Source: Amoeboaphelidium protococcarum X5
Lineage: Eukaryota; Fungi; Aphelidiomycota
DNA: 64,000 nucleotides
Assembly: GCA_023515725.1 (NCBI GenBank)
Contig: JALDTO010000200.1
Location: 186,001 to 250,000 of the forward strand
Direction: 5' to 3'
Shown here: piece by piece, positions 25,852 to 38,291 of the stretch
Position numbering within the stretch: position 1 is the first letter of the stretch
Layout: every line of letters starts with the position of its first letter
Notes under the pieces: generated by a model
What the model was told of the DNA's origin: nothing
The model's database searches: none
The model's input: only the letters and a program-made list of their open reading frames with translations
Translations under genes and position numbers: made by a program

Positions 25852-26634
25852 TCAACATAGTAGTAGTATATAAAAATGAATAAAGTTAGTTTACATTTAA
25901 CATCCGCAATTGCTATCACTATTATTATTGTAGCTATAATCGTTTCTTCCATCCAAATGTCCAGGAGAATCGCGTATGAGTAAAGACGGCGCATTGCTTC
26001 CACTTCTACCAGCAGATTGAGGTGAGAACAGGTATGATCTAGATAATGACTGGGCGGGAGATACAGCAGACTGAGAATCACGCAACTCCAGTGGAAGATT
26101 ACGAGCAATATCAGTGAACATCTCCACAATATTACTCCCCGTCTTGGCACTAGTCTCAAAATATAGAATTCTTTGCTCCTGGCTATAAGCCTCCGCTTCA
26201 TCTCTCAACCTGTTTAGCTGATCAACCTTTGCAGGATCAGTAATGCCGGGGACAAGATCGCTCTTATTACCAGCAAGTACCAACACCAATTCAGGTTTCT
26301 TCAGCTATTTCAACTCCTAAATCCAGTACTTGGCCTTGTCCAGAGTTTGCGGCTTGGTCACATCATACACCACGATGGCAGCCTGGGCGTTGCGATAATA
26401 CATCGGCGCCAGACTGTTGAATCGCTCCTACCCAGCGGTATCCCACACCTCAAATTTAATGACACGATCTGGATCTTCGGGGATTCGGCAGCGCTAGGTA
26501 AGGAATGCAGCTCCAATCGTAGACTCTTTCACATCCTGGAATTCACCCTTCACAAATCTGGACACTATACTGGATTTACCAACAGCTGCCTCTCCCAGTA
26601 ATACGAGCTTGACTTGAGACTTTTTCGCAGTCAT
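25852..26634 (-). CDS. RAB5: Rab5/Ypt51-family GTPase (end is TAA at 25897 or TGA at 25852)
   Basis: [32 protein letters not shown] (Q=TAG), [21 protein letters not shown]; CGC motif then TAA. Confidence 0.93.
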
Positions 26635-27171
26635 TTCAATCGCTTCTCAGAATTAAGAACTTTAAAAATTTATTTATTATAAACGCACGACTATTTAATA
26701 AAATATTACCAAATTGTTGTCGTAATTAAGACGAATAAGACAAAATAGCGGCATGAATGGGCGAAGAATAAGGGAAAAGACTGGCGATGTCTCTGACTCT
26801 CGTGATTCCCGAAAAAATAACTCCTTTACACTGTCGCTCTTGCTCTGGCCATGAAAATGCTGGTAGGAAAAGTCAGTACAATTGCTTCTAACTTTTCCCC
26901 CTTTTTACTAATTAAGCAATTTTTAATAACATGAAGTTTCATCATATATTCCGAAAAGGCTTCGTGAATTCTTTACTCTGTTGCCAAAAGTCCATTCACT
27001 ATCGTTCCCACACTACTGTATATGAGAAGATCGGCCGCGTTTCTTTTCCGTTTCAGCCAGTCTTTGTTTGTTCTTTGTCAATCTTCTTTTATCATTCATT
27101 CATATTCTGTAGATAGATAGTGTATTCAACTACATTCGGCAGTGATTATTAATGCTTTACATTTTGTTATT

Positions 27172-30144
27172 ATGGAGTCTTAGTTTAATAATGCTTTGAG
27201 AAAGATTTTTACTGTTGCTGGAAAGTAGGCGTATTAGAAAGTTGTGCAAAATAGTACTAGACCGTCAAAGGAAGAAGTTGAAACACTGCAGAGTTGTCTC
27301 AAGACTATACATCCATTCTCATAATGTCCTCAGTCTGTGATTTCAACTGTAGCATATTTTTTCAGGATATCAGAGTATAGTCTGGATGAGGCGGTCAGCC
27401 TGAGTGCATTTGGTATAATACTGAAAGGAGAGGTGGGAGTGTTTATTAGTGATGACAAGTGTGTATCTATTTTGAAACCATTGAACTTTATCGGTTTATC
27501 TCAACTTATGCTGCTGTACTAATAGACAAACATTCAAGTTAGTCATCAAGCATCTTCTTATAATCATCGTGCAGTTACTGAAGTTTGCCGTGTTGCATAT
27601 TTGAAGAGTGATGAGTTACAAGCTGCTTGCTCTAAAGTTATGTTGAAGTTCTTGGTGAATACGTACTCTTAGTACGCACCTGATGTTTACAGAGCTGTTC
27701 AAATTTGTCACGAGATTGAGATATTGAGGTAGAAGGGAAAGTTGAAGGATTTTCTAATAGCGCCGGAAGATCTGCGTGGCTGCTGTACTGTGATAAGCTT
27801 GAAAGCTGGTGATGCTGTTCCCATATCTAATAGGAAGGACAATTTTTGTCTTTTAAATGGCACTGCTGACGTTCTGATAAAGAGAAATGCTGGTGATTTA
27901 TTTATCGTATAATTGTAGATAGTTCCCTCTAGACTAATGAACATATTGTCTCTCTTGTCAGATAAGAAGACTGATTATTAAACAAAAGTGGTGGTGGCTC
28001 AATCGAATTGTAGAGTCTTGCGATGGGATGAAAGGAAACTTGATACTATTATATAGGAGAACTTATTAAATACCAAGCTGAAGCAAGATTTGATTGTTTA
28101 GTTTACACTTTAGATGATCCAAGAGTAATTGTGTCAAGATGTTCGTAAATCTCGATCTGCAGTCTTAATTGGTTCGGAATTGCCTTCAATGGATTATCAT
28201 TATCAAGATTGTGGATATGAGCGAGTTCTGCTTAATAATGAATTATTAGATTTAAATGTTGGATCATGCATAGTTCTGAGTGGTCGACTTTAAGATACAA
28301 AGAGTAATATCATACATGAGCCCAAAGCTGAGTTGCAATCTCCAATGACTGCGTTATGTATTGACTCTAAATGCTCAATAGTAGTTATTCCTTTTATACC
28401 TACTCAGCTTTCTGTCAAGGATAAGCAGGCTGAGAATCTTAATCATATGGCGTCGTTATTGTAAGTTAAGCCTGATAAGAAGGTTGAATATTAGGATATC
28501 AAAAATCTTTTCTTGAGCTGGAGTCTCATGAAAGGATGTTCTCCCAATGTTTATGGTTAGATTTTTGATTAAGTGTATGATTTTCGATTAAATCCAGAAG
28601 AATTCTATTAGTTTAATCAAGAGGAGTAGGTAGTGATTTATGTACAGCATGGTCAGTTTGCATTGTCTGATGTTTAGAAGGATTTCAATTTCAAACTATT
28701 GTAATCAGGAGATGTTATCGGCAATATTGGTAATGGCAGTATTAATTAGCTGGCTCTAAGAGCTCTTTCTCAATCATAAGCGTATATCTTCACCCAGTAG
28801 GCCCTGTAGATGTTGCCGAATGAAGTTTAATCGCGCCTGAGACTTTTAGTAGATTCTTCAACCTCAATATTCAGGAATGAGAGGATACTGGCTGTGGCTA
28901 GTAATGCTTTCCATCGAGGCATTTATTCTAGCAGGCATCTACAATCATTGTAATAGTTGCGGAATTAGAAATGTTCCATCAGTCACCTACCAGGCCATAT
29001 AATGAGAGATGTTTTCAAGTATTTGAAGAAGTAATCCCTCCTGTAATGTCGTTAAGTGTGCAAAGACTGGAGAGATTTACTACGCACTGATGGATGCGAC
29101 ATTTAACGGTTAAAGTTTAACAAGAAGAGTAATTTCACTCTTACTAGGTACATATCGATGCTGTAGATTGCTAGCAAAAGTCTGAGGGATGTCAGCTTTA
29201 CCTCATGTGCAGTGAATTATAGCCATATCAAGTTATTACATGCTATTTGTCCCAATGTTACCCACCTCAGCATAAAAGGGTGCGGATTTGCTGCCAGGCA
29301 TGATTCAAAGTTTATCAATTATATCACTTAGCGCATGACATAGTTAGAGACTTTGCATCTATCAAAGATTAGAAAGATCAACTATGATCAAATGCTACTC
29401 AAGAACTTACAGTCTTTTAAACTTAGCAATGCCACTGGAATCATCTAGAAGGATTTAAAAGATCTATCGACTAATGCCCCATTATTGACAGAGTTGTCTC
29501 TTTGCAAAGGCTAATCTATAGATGATGACTGTGTGAAAATCATATCACAAAACTTGCGCCTACTTGCAACACTAGACTTGAGTTGGTGTCAGTTGCTGAC
29601 TGACGTATCGTGCTAATACCTTTCATCACTGGTTAATCTCAAACATCTTAGTCTTGCGCAGTGTGAACTACTCACCGATTGTGGATTGGCGGAATTGTCT
29701 AAATCTTGTCTTAAACTCCGCAGCCTCGACCTGTCTGTGAATAGTTAAATTAGTGATCTGTCCATTGTGATGATTATTGATAATATCACGGAAATTGAGT
29801 ACCTTCGATTGCGTACTTGTCCCCGTCTCACTATTGGCTGGGTAAAGCTGGTCTTTGATAATTGTATGCATATTAAGCAGCTTGTATTCACTGGATGTAA
29901 ACTCATAAATCCGCAAAATGTTCGGAATATGTTCAAGGATAGGAATGTTGATATTGTCTGTCATATGAGAAGCTCTACCAGTAAAAAGGATCAGAGTGGT
30001 GGGAGGAAACTAAATAGAGCTCAATTTACTCGAGTACACGACAGATATCAGATGAGCCCTCGACTAGTTGAGAACTTGGAAAGAGATAGAACCATTCGCT
30101 TCCCTTCAAATGACAAGGATAGTGATAAAGATTCTCTATTATGA
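27172..30144 (+). CDS. F-box/LRR protein with N-terminal degenerate cyclic-nucleotide-binding-like domains (~990 aa)
   Basis: One frame with TAR=Gln; CNB-like GIILKGEVGV and YVQHGQF...LQSGDVIG; F-box ISHLPGHIMRDVFKYL...QVCKDW; LRRs LDLSWCQLLTD, LSLAQCELLTD. Confidence 0.8.
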
Positions 30145-30283
30145 AGACTTGATTGTGAATATATTTAAAAGTATTTTCAAGTAGACACGTTATTATGGAT
30201 GACATTCGTGAATTCTACCAAGGTTTAATAAATTTCCTGCTATATCATGAAATAGTTATAAAGACCCAAGTAATAAGACATTT

Positions 30284-31393
30284 TCACTCATTCGCCACAT
30301 TGGATTTTCCACGACCACCGCGAGAGTAGCCGCCGCGACTCTTGTTGTACCTTCCGCGACCTCCACGACCACGAAAGTTACGCGAATGTCCATCTGGATC
30401 ATAGGCAATACCGAAAGTCTCCATGTTGAGCTAGTTTTCCAATTGCCGCTGCTCTCTACGCTTTTGATAACGCTCTTCTCTGCTCATAGCGCCATTACTA
30501 CCATGACCAATATCACCATTTCCATCTTGATTAGCAGCCTCCTTAGCCTTCTATCTCTCTTCCAATGTTTTGAATCTCTCCTGAGCATCTGAGGATATCT
30601 CATCAAAGAATGAAGACTTCTTGTCATACTTGGGCGCCTGACGCTACTCACCAGAAGCTCTTTACTCAATCGGAAATGATTACACATCCTAACCACCATC
30701 AGCCAATTCTTGCGCAATCTTCAACTTATCCACAATAGCCTTGGTAAAATCAAAGTCCTCATTGGGGATATCAACTCTCTGCGGTGATTGCTACTAGTTG
30801 TTACGGTGAGACTTACCAGGAGTAGAACGAGGCTTATAATCTCTAAATTTAGCAGCGTAATCGCCATTCTACTTCCTGGATGATGATTAATTTCTATCAC
30901 CACTACCCGACGACTAGTTAGAATTGTACCTCTGGCGAGATTGCTTCTATTACTATTGACTCTACTTGTTGGCAGAATGGGTAGCAGCGGGTTTATAGAC
31001 ATTATTTCCATCAGTCTTGCTCTCAAAACGATCTCCTCCATTCTACTGATGACTTGAAGCCTTGGATCCTTGTCCCGCTTGAACAACCGCAGGATCCTAA
31101 TAAATCTCTTCCTTGTCCTCCTGCTATTAGTTCTATACACCGCTACTCTTGGTCACCTGCAGATCCTTGATGTCCTGACCACGGAACACGATAAATTCAA
31201 ACACTTTATCACTAGGTGGAATCTCTTTACTACCCAGTCCGAACTACTACCTTCTCCCCTCACTGCCAAATGACCTAACGTTCTGCAGAGTGACTGTGGA
31301 TTCATTCTAATTGATCTCAATCAATACTCCCACGTACTTGATCTCACTCTTGCTGATCAACGTAATTTCAGAACCAATAAACGGGACGCTCAT
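30284..31393 (-). CDS. SCD6: LSM14/Scd6 mRNA-repression factor
   Basis: [20 protein letters not shown]...[12 protein letters not shown] (LSm domain), DFDF box, [21 protein letters not shown] tail. Confidence 0.93.
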
Positions 31394-31910
31394 ATTTATA
31401 TGCTCAATTAAATATATTGAAATTTAAAGCGATAAAATCTATAGCTTAAAAATAAGCAATAAGACTTCAAGTAAAGAATTCGCCTATTCTACGAGTGATG
31501 TTGATTGAAGAAGAAAAAGAATAGAGCAGGTAAATAGAGAAAACGCAAATTGGGGAGAGAGAGAGAGAGGACGACAGGAAGAATAAGAGAAGAGCTGGTG
31601 GTGATGACGATCTCAATTTATTGAAGGAAAGCCACGAAAGTTCTTTGAGCGCGACATTATATTAATTAAAACAACTCTATTCAATACTTCATTCTCTTCA
31701 TTTATCAATCTGAAAACATTAATGCTCAAAGTGTTAAAGGCGAGCGACGAACTTCATTTGTCGGGAGACATAATTCGCCCATGATCGGTTGGTCGCAAGA
31801 TTTGTCTCGCATCAGCCAAGTGACATTTTTATCCACAAATTAAACACCGCCACACGTTGGTAGAAAAGCGACTTTTCAGTGGTCAATTAAAGAGAACTAG
31901 AATAAACGCA

Positions 31911-32844
31911 ATGTTCTTTGATGAAGTGTTAAGTTAACACCACGCCACTATAGGTGTCGCTGTTGGAGCGATTGTCTTTACAATCTATCTTTGGGGAACT
32001 CGCTATTAATCTCAGTCTATTAGTAAGTATCACTTTTGCTTTAAATACGTGTAATACATCAAGTTCTATTACATTCAATCTAAATGTAGAGCCGCTGTTG
32101 CACAAGACTGAGTTTCGCAAGTTCAAGTTGATTAAGAAGGAGATTTTGACGCACAATACTGCCATCTACAGGTTTGAACTGCCTGCTGGTACAGGACTGA
32201 ATCTGCCTATTGGTCAACACGTGTCAGTGAAGGCAGCGGTCACCGAAGATGGTAAGGAGGTGATGCGCAGCTACACGCCCATCAGTTTGAATGATGACAA
32301 GGGACATTTTGATTTACTAATTAAGACGTATCCTACCGGAGTTCTTTCTAAGCACTTTGCATCTCTTCAGCTGGGAGATCAGTTGGAAGTTCGTGGTCCG
32401 AAGGGTAATTTTCTATACACACCAAACATGTGCAGAGAGATTGGCATGCTGGCTGGTGGCACTGGTATAACACCAATGTTCTAGATTATTCAGGCTGTTT
32501 TGAAGAATCCTGCTGACAAGACTCGTATCAGCCTGGTATTTGGCAATGTCACTGAGGAGGATATTTTGTTGCGTCAGCGTCTAACTCAATTAGAGAAGGA
32601 TCATCCAGAGTAGCTGAAAGTTTATCACGTACTGAACAACCCACCGGCCGGCTGGACATAAGGCAGCGGCTTCATTAATGCGGAGGTCATCAAGTAATAT
32701 TGCCCGGCACCTGCGAAAGATGTGAAGATTTTGATATGCGGTCCACCTCCTATGGTTAAGGCCATGCAGGCAACCTGTGAATAACTTGGCTATGACCCTG
32801 CACGCCCAGTCTCCAAACTGGAAGATCAAGTCTTCAAGTTCTGA
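31911..32844 (+). CDS. CBR1: NADH-cytochrome b5 reductase (intron 32023-32089)
   Basis: N-terminal anchor; LPIGQH, RSYTP, GPKG, AGGTGITPMFQ, CGPPPM, DQVFKF. Confidence 0.95.
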
Positions 32845-32929
32845 ATTAAACGTAACTGAATAGAGGACTTGACTCATCATTGTTAATGTGCAAAGATATT
32901 TATTTATTAATCGCATTTTATTTATCGAA

Positions 32930-34087
32930 TCATTTCATGGTGCAAGTGTGAGTATAGCACTGAGGCTTGTGTCGCGACCAATCTGACTTTATACAATCCG
33001 ATGAGCAGTACCAAGCGCTCTTACACCGAGAGCATCTTTTCAATGCGGACTGCGGGAATTTCTTCATACAATTCTAGCAAGTGGACTGCAATTAAGTAGA
33101 GCACAATGCACAGGTGCACAGGAATTATCGCTCCTTGATTAACGCATTTCTTCTATACTGAGCCAGTTAGAACGGTGTTGATTCGATATCTCCAGTTGAA
33201 GGTAGCAGTCGCTTTGGATTGATGTAAGATATGGTGAGTTCTTCTCCTTCAGAAATGTCTTACACAGCTTAGCATATCATTATGGACTTGCTCTGGGATG
33301 AAGAAGACCAACTTAAATTGGGTGAGCATGAATGATTAAGCAAAGCTGTGACTGGATACAATGCGCGTCCAATATCATTTCCATGTTTATCAGCGACGCA
33401 GTGCTGATTGCTAATTATGATTTTGCAAACTCTGCTAATATAGTCCAACTACAACTAGCCTTATTTTCCATCATAAATCGACCGCGATATGTTTCCCAAA
33501 TCATCATTCATACTCTGCACCACCTGGCTCTCCTCTTCGAAAGTGAGCAGATTCACCAACTCTGGATCCGCCACAATAATGTCACCATCACATGCAGCCT
33601 CTCTTCCCTTATAATAATCGCCAAAATATCGCATAAACATTGCATACAATCCAGTTTCAGATTCTTTACTATCCAGTGTATTACCAGACGAAGGCGATTT
33701 AAATTGCAGCTAATGGAAACGCTGATGCTCCTTAAGAATATAGCTATTCCATACACAATCTTGACAAAGTGGTGGCATATCTATATCATTTAAACGCAGA
33801 ACTGACATTCTCTCGGACCATGCCGACGCGTCATCATCATTCATCGCTGAAGAGCATCCGCTACAGTATGAATGCAAGTATTACTATTCTATAGCCATTG
33901 TTACGGGAGATTCCATTATCACCGGCTCTCCGCGTTCGATATCACGCGTTGCCTTCAGACATAGGCCTTTCGATGGCGAATAATCCATTTTCAGAGGATA
34001 TTATTCAAAAAATTACTCCACTTCACCAATGAGCTGTTCCGAGTCTTCATCTCTACTTAATAACGCTTTTATTATCTCTTATCTCAT
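32930..34087 (-). CDS. SMYD-like SET-domain lysine methyltransferase with C-terminal MYND finger
   Basis: KGLCLKATRDIERGE, ALYPVTALLNHSCSPN, GEELTISYI, post-SET CTCALC, C-terminal CSRCKSAWYCSSDCIKSDWSRHKPQC. Confidence 0.85.
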
Positions 34088-34272
34088 TTTATCAAGTTTA
34101 AGCAGTGTCAGTTGAGGAGAGAAATTTTGGTTCTCTTTTGCTGATTTTCAATTTACTCTTTTTGTAAACAAAAAAACCTACTTCGTTTGGAATAAAAAAG
34201 TTTTTTAATGAAAAACATTTGCCAGTAAACTTTTACGAGAAGATCAGTCACACCTGAAAGATAGTTATCAAG

Positions 34273-35007
34273 ATGGATAGTTTCGAAGTGAGGATGTAAT
34301 TTGCTGATCTAATTGAAAGATTAAATTCCACTCAGTTCCAAATCTAGAGGACTGTCCAGTTTATGCGAAAGTACGAGAATTAAAGTGAGGAAGCGGGTAT
34401 GCTATTTGATGTCATTTTGCAAGAGTTTTCAAAGAAGGATCGAAATGGTGCATACATTAATAGACGCGTATATCTTTTTGGACTACTGCAGGCTTATGTA
34501 GATTCTACATCTACTTAATAATAACAACAGTCAGGCGATGTTGAGGATTAGCCGTATATGTAACTACTGCGTGACAATTTGGTGGATCTGTGTGAACTCG
34601 CCATTCCGAAAGATCATCCGATCGGCGTTTCACTCAATGCGCCAGTTCTGACTTCATTTCTGACGGAGTGGAAAGTTCGGCAATGTTTCAGAAACAACAC
34701 GCAACTTCTCGACGCTTGTCTCTCACTGATTAACGATACGCTTAGTCATATCTAACCTCAGCTGGACGACTTTGCTAATCTGGAAAAGAAAATGTCAAAG
34801 GCTGAATCTCTGAAAAGAATAGAGCAAGACAGAGAACGCCATAAACGCCGCAAAGAAGATGCATGGATGGAACACACGCTGAACAGCGACGCCATGAATC
34901 CGCTTGAATACGAGTTTGACATGATTTGGAATGGCGTAGATCCATACAATCTGCGTCTTGATGGTTAAACATTATAAAAAGAACTTGCTCTCTCTTAATT
35001 GCGATGA
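34273..35007 (+). CDS. CTK3: CTD kinase subunit gamma
   Basis: MDSFEVRMQF...LNS N-terminus and RIEQDRERHKRRKEDAW C-terminal motif of fungal Ctk3. Confidence 0.85.
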
Positions 35008-35206
35008 TTAATTGGGTATGAGTACTTATTAGAATATTTTGTTGATGACTCTCCCTTTATTTAAATATCAATATGGTATCGTTATGTTTAGCCTTTAACT
35101 TTAAATCCAGTGATTGATTGACTGTTTATTGTCATTGAGAAAATCATTCAAACTCTTTCGCTCATAGATAGAAACAAAGCTTTACAATTACCAAAATACA
35201 CCGAAT

Positions 35207-35833
35207 ATGCATCCAAAGCACGAATCTTTTCTGGATACGCTCTCCTCCATTATAGATTAGAGTAGCAATAAGGCAAATGATGGTGATAATGTGATATTGT
35301 CCAAAAAGAAGGAGTTGGCTCATGCTATTGATGACAGCAAGTTGGAGCAGAAGGCGAAGGCGTTGATGCGTCGCGATAAATTGTCAAAGAGAGATCGTGA
35401 CCACGTACTTCCTAATCTGGAATATGACAGCGAACAGAAGGATAAACTGGGATGGAGGGCTGATTACGAGAAGGTGCTGAGGAAGACGTCGACGCGTGGT
35501 GTCATTAAGCTGTTTAATGCAATCAAAACTCAGCGTGACGCTCAGAAGCAAGCTGTAAAGTAGATATCACGATCCAAAAGTGGTGGTAGTAAAATATAGT
35601 CACCATCTAAAATAATAAAGAATGCCGATAAGGCCAAGCTTGCATCTGCGTCTAAAGAAGCCTTCTTGCAGTATTTAAAGAAGGACTCTACCGCTGTAAA
35701 ATCTGCTTCATCTCTATCATCTTAATCATCAATGTCGTAATCCAAATCAAGTCATAGCGAGACACCAAAGTGGAGTGCCCTAAATGACAATTACATGACT
35801 GATGCCAAGATTCAAGACTGGGATGATATTTGA
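35207..35833 (+). CDS. RRP15: Ribosome biogenesis protein Rrp15
   Basis: EKVLRKTSTRGVIKLFNAI, SKEAFL, WSALNDNYM, QDWD. Confidence 0.88.
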
Positions 35834-35912
35834 CGCGTAATATTCCCATGATTAAAAGTGACATCCAGTATATGAAATACAAAGTTTCTTTTAACAAGTC
35901 TTATAATAATAA

Positions 35913-36245
35913 TCATCCAATATTTCGTAGTCTTGCGTCTTTTAACATCTTACTGTTCATTCTAGGATCTTCTCCTTCTATGCCAAGAACTGGCTCTGGA
36001 ACTTTGGCTTCTAGAACGTAATGATTGTCACAATGGGGGCAGTACTCATCAGAATCATCTTGCTCCTCCAATTCCACCACGTCTTTCCTGAACACCTTCT
36101 TGCACTTCTTACATGCAAGTACAATTTCAGAGCTTTTAATCAATGGATGACTCTCCCGTTCCATATGACATTCCGGGCAATCATACCATTTCTTGCAACA
36201 TGGCGTTCTAATGGCAACTTGTGCATTTAATATATGTTTACACAT
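35913..36245 (-). CDS. Small CHY zinc-finger protein
   Basis: MCKHILNAQVAIRTPCCKKWYDCPECH...CKKCKK...YCPHCDNHY; complete ORF ending TGA. Confidence 0.9.
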   Translation of the reverse strand: MCKHILNAQVAIRTPCCKKWYDCPECHMERESHPLIKSSEIVLACKKCKKVFRKDVVELEEQDDSDEYCPHCDNHYVLEAKVPEPVLGIEGEDPRMNSKMLKDARLRNIG

Positions 36246-36376
36246 TATAAAGTTGCAATACTACTGTATTTAACAGTCGCGTTTATATACGATCTTTCAC
36301 CAATGGAAAAGTCGCTTAGAAGACGATGATTTTCTTGTTTCTTCTTCAGAACGGGAGAAAATCAACTCGGGTTATA

Positions 36377-37303
36377 ATGGAGTAGATGGATAATGATACC
36401 ACGTAGCAAGAGTAGCCTCTCTAGGAACAGTAATAAAAGAGTATCGCTTAGTAGAGAAAAGAACTGCGGGCCTAGATATAAGCGATTAAAAAGAGTACCG
36501 CCAATATGAACAAGAAGGATAAGAAGGCAGCGATGGAGCAGGTACACGACTTGGAGAAGAAGATTGAGCTGTTGGAGAACTAGAAAGAGAGCGATTAATA
36601 GTAGACAGTATCATTATAGCAGAATAACTCCGCAGTGCTACCTGAAAGTCTGTACAAGTATAGCGATAAAGATAGTAATAACTTGGAAGAGGGAGAGTAG
36701 AAGAAACTAAGTAAGCAGCAGCTCAGGAAATTAAAGAAGGAGGCTGAAATTGAGCGGATTAGGCAGGATGCTCTTAATGAACCGACTGTTGATCTGGCCC
36801 AAATTGAACGCGAGAAGATTGATCAACTAATTCAGTCTGATGGTCTGTCCATACTCGAGGTGGCTCCGGATGGTAATTGCTTGTTCAGATCTATTTAAGA
36901 TTAGATTAACAACTAATATAATCACGAAGAATTACGAAGGATGGCGGTGGAGTATATTCGAGAGCATAGAGATGATTTCGCTCCGTTCCTACAAGATGAT
37001 AATGGAGATTTGGCTGATTTTGAACAGTACTGCAGAGATATGGCGGATGTTAATCGCGCTAAATGGGGAGGTGAAGTTGAGATTCGTGCACTGGCTCATG
37101 CTCTTAAACGCGACTTTGTGATATATTAGGCAGAGTTTGGTATTCTACGCGTCAGACATAATGAGAAAGACACTGGTTATGGTGGATCTGATCCTACTAA
37201 TGCTGATTATGATGACGATAATTCGATAAAGATTTCATATCACAAGCACGAATATGGACTCGGTGAGCACTACAATTCTCTAAGACGCGTAAATATTAAT
37301 TGA
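36377..37303 (+). CDS. OTU2: OTUD6/Otu2-like deubiquitinase
   Basis: APDGNCLF, WGGEVEIRALAH, SYHKHEYGLGEHYNSL; charged N-terminus. Confidence 0.9.
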
Positions 37304-37356
37304 AAATGTTCAGCGACTTATATACAATTGATAATATACAGTACACTAGTATCTGT

Positions 37357-37905
37357 TCACTTTGGTTTTTACTTTTTAAGATCTAATTCTTCTTCATCTT
37401 CATTTAAATCACCATTGTAACCCATCTACCTGAGCATTCGCAGACCAAAATCATCAATATCAATCAATCCATACTCCTTTGCTTATTGATCCAATACATG
37501 ATCTACCTCTTCATCATCAACTATCACCGGTTTCTACCGCAATATCATTGATCCCTTTATCTATTTCTTCTCAGTGCCATGTCCATCATCAATTTTCTAA
37601 TTTCTTTCAGAGGACTTCATAATCTAAAGACCATGTTTCTAATCATCATACCTATTGACTTGTTATTATTATTATTCAACTTACGCTTTATCGCTGGCGG
37701 TAGAACTATTCTATCCATTAGTATCAGCAGTCTTAGATCGGGTCTAATCTATCTTTGTAATATTGATCACTGACACGGCTTCCTTTATCTATTAAGATGA
37801 AGATTATGATTAACTCTGATTTGGTTCTTCATCATCTCTCAACAAGGACTACAACTTTCGTTTGCTCTTACTAGACTTGGGAATGGTGAAACTTGCACCA
37901 GACAT
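37357..37905 (-). CDS. Spp2/MOS2-type G-patch protein
   Basis: EYGLIDIDDFGLRMLRQMGY resembles the Spp2 G-patch; 182-aa frame ending TGA. Confidence 0.6.
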
Positions 37906-38124
37906 GTGCAGATTAATGATATGGTTCTTCTTATAGATAAAATACTTCCAAAATCTAAATAAGCGCGCAAAATACTGACCAGCTCAAGAAAGTACACGAT
38001 CGACAGAGTTTAAAACCAACAGAGAACGCCAAAAGGAAATCCTTGAGAAATTACTGTACTACCAGCGGAAATACTTCACTTTGGATCAAACACACAGAGA
38101 GACAATAAACGAGAGAGAAAGACG

Positions 38125-38160
38125 ACGCGTCGCTCACTCAGATCAGAAATTGTTTCGCGT
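38125..38160 (+). promoter_or_regulatory. MCB (ACGCGT) and SCB/E2F-like (TTTCGCGT) elements upstream of POL31
   Basis: ACGCGT 38125-38130 and TTTCGCGT 38153-38160, 130-170 bp upstream of a replication gene. Confidence 0.4.
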
Positions 38161-38291
38161 TTCGCTAGACCTCACGCTAAGCGTATTGCTATATTTTCAC
38201 GTTACTTACTGCCAGTTTAACGCTTATAGTGCAATAAATACTTTGCCAATTGAATATTCAACTTATAACACTCGTTCCTTAGTAAGATACC

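Noticed and set aside
25800-25895. An intron rescuing the Rab5 C-terminus (GTAAAC donor just after the TAA)
   Set aside because: No GTAG-type acceptor at a suitable distance on the minus strand, and the TAA would still follow CGC.
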